Virus record (IMG/VR): IMGVR_UViG_3300024279_000007
Coordinates: 676 to 64,675 of that record
Origin: a virus
DNA: 64,000 bases
Reading direction: 5' to 3' (one strand)
A model generated the notes under the pieces. The model made no database searches. It was not told where the DNA came from and saw only the letters and a program-made list of their open reading frames with translations. This document shows positions 56,830-64,000 of the stretch, one piece after another; the first letter of the stretch is position 1, and each line of letters starts with the position of its first letter. The position numbers and the translations under genes are program-made.

Positions 56830-58227
56830 ATGCGACGTGGCGATCAGGAATTATTCCCGCGACGGCTGGACACCAACGTGGCGGGAGCCGAAGGTGAACT
56901 GACTGTGAACGTGGCAGGCACCCGCGCTTACGTGCACGATGGCAAGACGCCCGGTGGTGTCCCGCTGGTTGATGCACTCGGGCCGGGTCTCAAGCGCGTA
57001 GGCAGCGGTATCACGATCCCGAACCGGCGTCCCAAGCGCATCATCGGGATCGGTGACTCGATCATGCAGTCGTCCAGTTCGCACGCCCCCAGTGGCTTCG
57101 ATGCGAAGGGCAACAGGATTCCCGACAACTGGCGTTCAGGTACGGGCATCTTCGAACAGACGCTGTGGAAGGCGAACGGGCTGGGCACTAACGGCCAGTG
57201 GCAGTTCCTTGCCAATCAGGGCATCGCTGGACAGACGACCACGCAGATTCTGGCGCGGTTCGACAACGACGTGATTGCGTACAAGCCGGACGTGTGCTGG
57301 ATCATGGCCGGGACCAACGACATTACGCTCGGTGGCGGTGACGCTGAAATCGCCGGGATCATGAACCGTCTTGAACAGATGGTCCTGAAATGTATCAACG
57401 CGGGCATCGCGGTGCTGCTGGCCACGCCGCCATGCCGCGACGCTGCTGCGGCCTCGACACAGAATATCCAGCCGTTCTACTACGATCTGGCGAACTACTA
57501 CAACATTCCGCTGCTGGACGTGAACCGGGTGGTGGTGAACCCGGTCAACGGCACCTACAAGGCCGGTCTCTCGGCTGACGGGGTGCACCCGAACAACACG
57601 GCGTCCGACAGCATTTCGAACGAACTGGCCAAGGCACTGGCCAACCCTGAACAGTACATCAACAGGCCGTATCTCGCCGCGAGTTCGTTCCTCTTTGTGA
57701 ACAACCACGCCAACCTGCTGATAAACGGTAACTTCTCACAGGGTGTGGACGGCGGCAACAACCCGCTGGGCTGGACAACCAACCAGTCAACCGGCAACAC
57801 GGGATCGGTGGCCACGGCGGCATCACTGCCGTACACCGGACAGAAGTTCCTCTACACGGTTCCCCCTGCTGGCGCGGTGAGCGTGTATGCGCTGTTCAGT
57901 AATAACGTGGATGCCGTGTTCCCGGCAGGCGACGTGCTGGAGTTCAGCGCGGCGCTGAAGATCACCGGCATGAACCCGGCAACCTCGGCAGGCGTGTCGC
58001 TGATGCTGGCCTTCGACGGCCCCTTCTCGACCGCTGCCGCGCCGGTGAACGCACAGGTGACGAACATGGATGGCGTGGTGACGGGTGAGTGCTATGTACC
58101 GCAGGGCTGTACGTCCATCAACATGCAGTTGTATTCGCAGGACCAGAACGTGACGTACACCGTACAGAACGCCACTGTCACCAACAGGACCATGCGTGCC
58201 CGTGCATGGGCACCGGGGTTGCAATGA
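56830..58227 (+). CDS. SGNH esterase paralogue with an Mtd_N-like N-terminal anchor
   Basis: GAEGELTVN...YVHDGKTPGGVPL, then GDSIM, GIAGQT, AGTND, DGVHPN. Confidence 0.85.
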   Translation: MRRGDQELFPRRLDTNVAGAEGELTVNVAGTRAYVHDGKTPGGVPLVDALGPGLKRVGSGITIPNRRPKRIIGIGDSIMQSSSSHAPSGFDAKGNRIPDNWRSGTGIFEQTLWKANGLGTNGQWQFLANQGIAGQTTTQILARFDNDVIAYKPDVCWIMAGTNDITLGGGDAEIAGIMNRLEQMVLKCINAGIAVLLATPPCRDAAAASTQNIQPFYYDLANYYNIPLLDVNRVVVNPVNGTYKAGLSADGVHPNNTASDSISNELAKALANPEQYINRPYLAASSFLFVNNHANLLINGNFSQGVDGGNNPLGWTTNQSTGNTGSVATAASLPYTGQKFLYTVPPAGAVSVYALFSNNVDAVFPAGDVLEFSAALKITGMNPATSAGVSLMLAFDGPFSTAAAPVNAQVTNMDGVVTGECYVPQGCTSINMQLYSQDQNVTYTVQNATVTNRTMRARAWAPGLQ

Positions 58228-58484
58228 TTGACGATCAGCTTATCCGCAAGGTTCAACGCTTCATGCACGATGACAGTCTTGCATGGCAGGCTCTTGTCCA
58301 GTATGCGAACGCCGCGATCCAAGACCGCCGCGAAGCACTGGACAACCCGGAGCTAGACGCCATAAAGACCGCCCTAGTGCGTGGCGAGATAAAGGCACTA
58401 AAGGAACTGCTTGCCCTGCCAACCTTGGTAACGCAAGTAGCGCAACGCGATCCGGGATACGGCGTCACGATTGGTGACGACTGA
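58224..58484 (+). CDS. Small head-module protein
   Basis: LVRGEIKALKELL; sits before the scaffold gene. Confidence 0.7.
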   Translation: MIDDQLIRKVQRFMHDDSLAWQALVQYANAAIQDRREALDNPELDAIKTALVRGEIKALKELLALPTLVTQVAQRDPGYGVTIGDD

Positions 58485-58519
58485 ACCCTGATACGACACA
58501 TACGATCTGGAGAGTTAGC

Positions 58520-59494
58520 ATGTCCGACGTGAATGCAAACGCAGCAACGAACGCCGACGAAGGCAAGACCGCAGCGCAAATCTGGGCCGAAGAATCTGCT
58601 GGACAGCAGACGACGCCGCTCGCCGACGCACCTGCACCGACGCCCGCACCGGCACCCGAAGCAGCAGTACCCACACCTGCACCAGCCCCCGCCCCGGCAC
58701 CTTCGCCTGCACCCGCAGCCGATGATCCTTATGCCGGTCTGCACCCCGCTGTTGTCCAGCGGCTGCGCGGATTGGACGGACTGGAGCAACGCCTGCGCAA
58801 AAGCGAAGGCACCATCGGTAATCTGAACAGTCAGTTGACGGGCCTGAAAGACGAGAACTCTCGTATGAAGACGGCTCTGGAGCAACGCGCCTCGACCGCA
58901 GCAGCGGGTGGCTCGGCTCCTACCGCAGCGGCGGTGACAGCGGCTGGAAAGAATAGCGAGAAGTGGGCAGCGCTGAAAGAGGAATTTCCCGAATGGGCGG
59001 AAGCGGTGGAAGAAAGATTGGCCGGTCAGCCTTCGCAGGCACCCGTCGATCTGGACAGCCTGCGCACGCAGATTCGGGATGAACTCACGGGCGAACTGAC
59101 CGGCAGGATCACGGCTGATGTTCAGGCCGCGACCGAAGACCGTCTGGTCAACGTTGCACACCGGGGCTGGAAAGATCTGGTGAAGACGCAGCAGTTCGCG
59201 GACTGGATGAAGGCACAACCTTCAGAAGTTCAGGCACTGGGCGCAAGCCCGGTCGCGGAAGACGCAATTGCGCTACTGGACAACTTCAAGGACTGGCAAC
59301 GCGCGCAGCCTGCGCCTGTCGATCCGCAAAAGGTGGCCGCTGAACGCAAGCAACGCCTTCAAGACGCAGCATCTTTGGTGCGTGGTGGCAACTCGCAGCA
59401 GCCGATCAAGTCCCCCGATGACATGTCCGCAGAAGAACTGTGGGCGTATGAAGCGGCGCAGCTTGAACGGCAGAAGCAGGGGCAACGACGCTAG
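58520..59494 (+). CDS. Capsid scaffolding protein
   Basis: Acidic, Pro-rich then coiled; typical position upstream of the capsid gene. Confidence 0.75.
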   Translation: MSDVNANAATNADEGKTAAQIWAEESAGQQTTPLADAPAPTPAPAPEAAVPTPAPAPAPAPSPAPAADDPYAGLHPAVVQRLRGLDGLEQRLRKSEGTIGNLNSQLTGLKDENSRMKTALEQRASTAAAGGSAPTAAAVTAAGKNSEKWAALKEEFPEWAEAVEERLAGQPSQAPVDLDSLRTQIRDELTGELTGRITADVQAATEDRLVNVAHRGWKDLVKTQQFADWMKAQPSEVQALGASPVAEDAIALLDNFKDWQRAQPAPVDPQKVAAERKQRLQDAASLVRGGNSQQPIKSPDDMSAEELWAYEAAQLERQKQGQRR

Positions 59495-59504
59495 GGAGCC
59501 AGTA

Positions 59505-59666
59505 ATGGCCATGCAGGGCTACGGTTCGGCACCCGGCAGGAATGCGGCTAACGCCGTTGGCACATCACCGCCGCGTTCAGTATCCACACGCAGGGTTCCG
59601 ATCATCCTGTCTCACATGAAACCCGCCGACGCTAAAGCGATGGCGTTAAACAAACGGAGTAAATAA
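59505..59666 (+). CDS. 53-aa ORF whose N-terminus resembles that of the capsid protein
   Basis: GGGAG RBS; MAMQGYGSAPGRN versus capsid MSMQGYSTAPSRN. Confidence 0.6.
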   Translation: MAMQGYGSAPGRNAANAVGTSPPRSVSTRRVPIILSHMKPADAKAMALNKRSK

Positions 59667-59667
59667 A

Positions 59668-60693
59668 ATGAGCATGCAAGGGTATAGCACCGCACCTTCG
59701 CGGAACCTCATCCGGGCTGAACAGGCCATGCTTTCTCACGCTGAACCGATCATCGTGCTGGGCAACTTCGGCACGCAAAAGGAACAGCCGTTGAACAAGA
59801 CGGACACGGTGGTGTTCCGCCGCCTGAACCCGTTCAACATGCAGGCGAACGGCACGCCGGGTGTGGTCGCACAGAACTTCGTGCTGGCTGAAGGCACGAC
59901 GCCGAACAGCAACAGCATCACCTACACGGACGTGTCGGTGACGTTGCAGCAGTACGGCATCCTGTTCAAGTTCTCCAGCAAGGTCGAAGCCCTGTACGAA
60001 GATGACATTCCTTCGGACATGGCCACCCTCACGGGTGAGACGCTGGCTGAAGTCTCGGAACTGATCCGCTATGGCGCGGTCAAGGCGGGCACCAACGTGC
60101 TGTACGGCAACGGCGCGAGCCGTGCGTCCGTCAACACGGTTATCTCGCTGAACCGCCTGCGTCAGGCCGTGCGTGCGCTGGAAAACGCCCGCGCGAAGAT
60201 GGTCACGCAGCGCCTGTCCACGGGTGTGAACTACGGCACCCAGCCGGTCGAACCGGGCTACATCGTGTTCGTCCACACGGACGTGGAGTCGGACGTGCGC
60301 AACCTGCCGGGTTTCACGAAGACGGTGGAGTACGCACAGTTCAAGCCTGTCCACGAACGTGAAATCGGTTCGGTGGAGCGCTACCGCTTCGTCACGTCGC
60401 CGCTGCTGGCCCCGTTCCTCGCGGCTGGTTCGCCCACGCTGAACGGTTGCCTCTCGCAGGGCGCGACCAACGTTGATGTGTACCCCGTAATAATCATGGC
60501 TCAGGAAGCATGGGGGCAGGTCGCGTTGAAGGGCATGGGTGCCATCCAGCCGACGATCCTCCCGGCCAAGCAGAAGAACCACGCCAACCCGCTGGGCCAG
60601 TTCGGCTACGTGGGCGCAAATTTCTGGACAGCAAGTGTTCGTCTGAATGAGAACTGGCTTGTTCGTCTGGAAGTTGGCGTGACCGCTCTCTAA
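59668..60693 (+). CDS. Major capsid protein (N4-gp56-like)
   Basis: P.NKTDTVVFRR, VTLQQYG, HTDVESDVRNLPGF..VEYA, EIGSVERYRFV, NPLGQFGYVG. Confidence 0.9.
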   Translation: MSMQGYSTAPSRNLIRAEQAMLSHAEPIIVLGNFGTQKEQPLNKTDTVVFRRLNPFNMQANGTPGVVAQNFVLAEGTTPNSNSITYTDVSVTLQQYGILFKFSSKVEALYEDDIPSDMATLTGETLAEVSELIRYGAVKAGTNVLYGNGASRASVNTVISLNRLRQAVRALENARAKMVTQRLSTGVNYGTQPVEPGYIVFVHTDVESDVRNLPGFTKTVEYAQFKPVHEREIGSVERYRFVTSPLLAPFLAAGSPTLNGCLSQGATNVDVYPVIIMAQEAWGQVALKGMGAIQPTILPAKQKNHANPLGQFGYVGANFWTASVRLNENWLVRLEVGVTAL

Positions 60694-60739
60694 ACCTCTT
60701 ACGCGGCTGGATGAAGCTGTCCAGCCGCAGGAGAAGATC

Positions 60740-60934
60740 ATGGCTGAAAGCATTGGTCTCCGGGTCAACAGCATTGACGATCCGGAAACGCTGCGCGCAA
60801 TGAACGCGATTCTCCAGTCGATCCTGATCGACCTGACCGCGATCAAGGCCGGATTCAATACCCACACGCATCAGGGCGGTCTCGCATCAAACCCGCCCGC
60901 CGTGCTGATTGGAAACCTGAACACGGCAACCTGA
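60740..60934 (+). CDS. Small virion protein
   Basis: AGGAG RBS directly after the capsid gene. Confidence 0.7.
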   Translation: MAESIGLRVNSIDDPETLRAMNAILQSILIDLTAIKAGFNTHTHQGGLASNPPAVLIGNLNTAT

Positions 60935-60977
60935 ACACCACTGCCTGAACTGGTAAATCTCTTAGGAGCACAAGCAA

Positions 60978-61478
60978 ATGAGCTACAACCTCACTGGTGC
61001 CGCCTTTGGCGGCAATCTGGCGTTGGCGAAGGCCGGTCTCGCGGCTGGTACGGGTTCGTCCTACACCACGACCGCTGCGCTGGCGTACACGCAGAAGGGC
61101 GAGTTCAAGACGGCCTTCACCGTCAAGACGAACGCTGCCACGCCCGTGCTGGACGCTGCAACCGGCAAGGCCTTCGTGCCGCTGTCGCCCAACGAGTCGG
61201 CCCTGTTCGCGTTCTTCGTGGACAGCGCGGGCAACGTCGCGGTGGCACAGAGCAAGAAAGTCTCCACGCTGGACTTCTCGGGCGGTCTCGCCGCGCTGGA
61301 GTTCCCGCAACTGGGTGACGGCTTCACGCCGTTCGGCTACATCGTCGGGCAGGCCTCGGCGGCACTGGTCGGCACGTGGACGTTCGGCACCAACAACTGG
61401 GCAGGCGTGACGGGCTTCACCGCTGGCTCGGGTCACGACGTGATGGACTACCCGGCCCAGCCGATCACCGCACCGTAA
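60978..61478 (+). CDS. Capsid decoration / minor structural protein
   Basis: Strongly biased codons, A/G/T-rich, in the capsid operon before terminators. Confidence 0.65.
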   Translation: MSYNLTGAAFGGNLALAKAGLAAGTGSSYTTTAALAYTQKGEFKTAFTVKTNAATPVLDAATGKAFVPLSPNESALFAFFVDSAGNVAVAQSKKVSTLDFSGGLAALEFPQLGDGFTPFGYIVGQASAALVGTWTFGTNNWAGVTGFTAGSGHDVMDYPAQPITAP

Positions 61479-61493
61479 ATAAGGGGTCTCCAG

Positions 61494-61552
61494 CCACTGC
61501 CCCGCAGTGGTTTTTCAGCCGCATGGTCTCTCGGGGCTATGCGGCTTTTTTA
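61494..61552 (+). terminator. Two tandem intrinsic terminators
   Basis: CCACTGC-CCC-GCAGTGG-TTTTT and AGCCGCAT...ATGCGGCT-TTTTT. Confidence 0.85.
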
Positions 61553-61575
61553 TTAGATATTCTGGAGAAAGCAGC

Positions 61576-62235
61576 ATGAGCAACCATCCGAACGACCGCA
61601 ACAAGCCACAGGGTAACCTGAACAAGCCCGACCCGCTGGAGCGTGAACTGGTCAGCGGCACCGTCGCACCCGATGCGAACGCAGCCCGCGCCGCCGCTGA
61701 ACAGCTTGCCGCTGAACAGCTTGCCGCACAGGAGCGCGCGATCACCGGCAGAACGCAGCCGATGCTCAACCATGACCGGTTCGAAGCATCCGAACTGGAC
61801 ATTCCCGACTCAGGCCCGATTGGCCTCGACGAAATCCGTGCGAAGGCCCACTCCGAACTGGACAACGAAGCCGTGATGGCTGCTGGCAAGCTGACGGAAG
61901 CCGAAATTGCCTACGAAGTGTTCATGAACGAGAAGGTGATCATTCTGGTACACGAAAGCCCGAACGAGGAAGACCTCGCGGTGGTGTGCCCGATGGTCAA
62001 CGGCGTAAGCCAGCCTATCGTGCGCGGCTACCCGACGCCGGTCAAACGCAAGTACGTCGAAGTGCTGGCCCGCGCGAAGGAAACGAAGTACAAGCAGATT
62101 CAGGCCGACGCCAACGATCCTTCGTCGCTGAAGATGGTGCCGCGTACCGTGCTCGCGTACCCGTTCGCCATCGAACGCGACGACAACCCGAATGGCCGCG
62201 CGTGGCTGCGCGACATTATCCGTCAGCAAGGCTAA
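61576..62235 (+). CDS. Hypothetical structural-module protein
   Basis: GGAG RBS; FMNEKVII...VNGV...RG...VKRKYVEVLARAK. Confidence 0.7.
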   Translation: MSNHPNDRNKPQGNLNKPDPLERELVSGTVAPDANAARAAAEQLAAEQLAAQERAITGRTQPMLNHDRFEASELDIPDSGPIGLDEIRAKAHSELDNEAVMAAGKLTEAEIAYEVFMNEKVIILVHESPNEEDLAVVCPMVNGVSQPIVRGYPTPVKRKYVEVLARAKETKYKQIQADANDPSSLKMVPRTVLAYPFAIERDDNPNGRAWLRDIIRQQG

Positions 62236-62244
62236 GGGGCACGC

Positions 62245-62961
62245 ATGAACTTCGTTGATCTGGTGAACAATCTGCGCGTCGAATGCGGTGTGTCCGGCAC
62301 GACGCTGGCCTCTGTCCAGTCCCTCGGTGGTGAACTGCTGCGACTGAAGCAGTGGATCAGCGACGCGTGGTTCGAATTGCAGACTGAACGGGACGACTGG
62401 AAGTTCATGCGCAAAAGCATCAGCTTCGCTACTGTTGCCGGGACGCAGAACTACAGTCTGGCCACCATCAGTGCGCTGAACGGCGGCATGGACATTAACG
62501 TCTACAAGCGGGACTCGTTCAGTATCGACCCGCCCACGGACACCAACCGTTCGCAGGAACAGCCACTTGGCGTCATGTCGTGGGATCACTTCCGCAACAT
62601 GTACATCGTGGGCTACCCCGCGACCGACCCGACGCGCTGGCAGCGTCCGATGACGATGGCGATCAACGATGACAAGTCGATCTGGTTCGGCCCGACGCCG
62701 GACGCCATCTACACGATCCGTGGCGAGTGCTACGTGAATCCGCAGACCCTGACGGCTGACGCGGACGTGCCGACCATGCCCGCCAAGTACCACAAGGTGA
62801 TCGTGTACCGCGCAATGAAGAAGTACGCCGGTTACGAGTCGGCCAACGACGTGATGATCCGCGCGAAAAATGAAGGCGGCAGGCCTGAACTGACGCTGTT
62901 CAATGAACAGCTTCCGCAGGTGACTGTCGCGGGCGGTTTTGACGGGAACGAATGGGGCTGA
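62245..62961 (+). CDS. Head-tail adaptor
   Basis: W..LQ.E..DW.FM, FGPTPD..YTI, P.MPAKYH.VIVY.AM pattern; typical position. Confidence 0.75.
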   Translation: MNFVDLVNNLRVECGVSGTTLASVQSLGGELLRLKQWISDAWFELQTERDDWKFMRKSISFATVAGTQNYSLATISALNGGMDINVYKRDSFSIDPPTDTNRSQEQPLGVMSWDHFRNMYIVGYPATDPTRWQRPMTMAINDDKSIWFGPTPDAIYTIRGECYVNPQTLTADADVPTMPAKYHKVIVYRAMKKYAGYESANDVMIRAKNEGGRPELTLFNEQLPQVTVAGGFDGNEWG

Positions 62962-62962
62962 T

Positions 62963-64000
62963 ATGGCAAAAGACCCGAATGCGCTGGACACTCCTGACAC
63001 ACAGCAGTTCCTGCTGAAAGGTGGTGTTGATCAGGTCAGTCCAGCTATCAGTCTCGCCCCCGGTGTGTGCCGCGATGCCATCAATTTCGAGTGCAACGTG
63101 CTCGGTGGCTACGCGCGCATTGCCGGGTTCGAACGGTACGATGGCAGGCCAAGCCCCAGTGAACAGGCGTACTGGACACTCTCGGCCAACCCGATTGCCA
63201 CGATCAACGTGGCCAACACGATTACCGGCCAGACTTCCGGCGCAACTGCCGTGGTCGCGTTTGTGGTAACCAGTCCGTATGGTCTGGTACTCACGAAGCT
63301 GACCGGCACCTTCACCAACGGCGAGAACCTTCAGGTAGGTGGCGTAACCAAGGCGACGGCCATCGGTGCTGAACAGCGCAACGGTGCACCCGACTCGGCC
63401 TCGGATGCGAAGTACGCGAAGTACGCGGCAGACATTTTCCGGGCCGATATCCAGAAGGTTCCGGGTAGCGGGCGCGTGCTCGGTGTATGGATGTACAACG
63501 ATGTGAAGTACGCCTTTCGCAACAACGTCGGCGGCACCGCTGCGCTGATGTACAAGGCCACGTCAACCGGCTGGCAACTGGTGACCACGCCCGTGCTTGC
63601 AGCCGGTGGCCACTACGAGTTCGTGAACGCGAACTTCGGCGGCACGGCGGCACTGAAGAAAATGTTTGGCTGCGATGGCGCGAACAAGGCCTTCATGTTC
63701 GACGGCACCACGTTCACGCAGATCACGACGGGCATGGCGCTGGACACGCCGAACCACATCGAAGTCCACCGCAACATGCTGTTTCTCGCGTTCAAGGCGA
63801 GTCTCCAGCATTCCGCCGTGGGCGACCCGACCTCATGGAGCGTGGTGGTCGGTGCGGGTGAAATCGCGCTGGGCGACAACATCAACAGCATCAAGTCGTA
63901 CACGACCGGCACCACGGGTGGTGTGGCAACCGGCAACTCGGCACTGCTGATCCACACGAACAGCAGCACGCAGATTCTGTATGGCTCCCAGCCGTCTGAC
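62963..64000 (+). CDS. Tail tubular / nozzle protein (runs off the window)
   Basis: MAKDPN...LKGGVD...NFEC...GGY.RI.GFERYDG; frame open to the window end, so absent from the ORF track. Confidence 0.75.
   Translation, partial: MAKDPNALDTPDTQQFLLKGGVDQVSPAISLAPGVCRDAINFECNVLGGYARIAGFERYDGRPSPSEQAYWTLSANPIATINVANTITGQTSGATAVVAFVVTSPYGLVLTKLTGTFTNGENLQVGGVTKATAIGAEQRNGAPDSASDAKYAKYAADIFRADIQKVPGSGRVLGVWMYNDVKYAFRNNVGGTAALMYKATSTGWQLVTTPVLAAGGHYEFVNANFGGTAALKKMFGCDGANKAFMFDGTTFTQITTGMALDTPNHIEVHRNMLFLAFKASLQHSAVGDPTSWSVVVGAGEIALGDNINSIKSYTTGTTGGVATGNSALLIHTNSSTQILYGSQPSD

Noticed and set aside
56830-58227. Diversity-generating retroelement, given the Mtd_N-like domain and BPP-1-like replication genes
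   Set aside because: No reverse transcriptase or TR/VR pair seen in the window

Overview
The window holds most of the genome of a tailed, podovirus-like phage. It is GC-rich and probably infects a betaproteobacterium (Burkholderia-like host, inferred only). It begins and ends inside tail genes, so it looks like a circularly permuted genome missing part of the tail module. Order: tail fibre end and chaperones, lysis cassette, ejection proteins including a 2441-aa multidomain protein (+); a leftward operon with family A DNA polymerase, DUF2815 SSB, DUF2800 nuclease and many small ORFs (-); Cro-like and RHH regulators, P4-type primase-helicase, VRR-NUC, SNF2 helicase and a Q-like protein (+); a leftward early region behind a perfect sigma70 promoter (-); then terS, terL, portal, an 11 kb insert of polysaccharide-active enzymes, scaffold, N4-gp56-type capsid and head-tail genes (+). 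I saw no integrase, tRNA, CRISPR array or reverse transcriptase. The main unexplained signals are: (1) the octamer CTG(A/G)ACAG, about 150 copies by eye on both strands, often written with otherwise disfavoured codons; (2) a gene-free ~650 nt region (28228-28880, minus strand) that folds into a closed, multi-domain RNA with its own promoter; (3) a second copy of the primase-associated iteron element inside the head module; (4) covarying hairpin-RBS units in the early region; (5) the array of putative virion-displayed depolymerases and esterases. Family names come from motif recognition, not database searches, and counts are manual.
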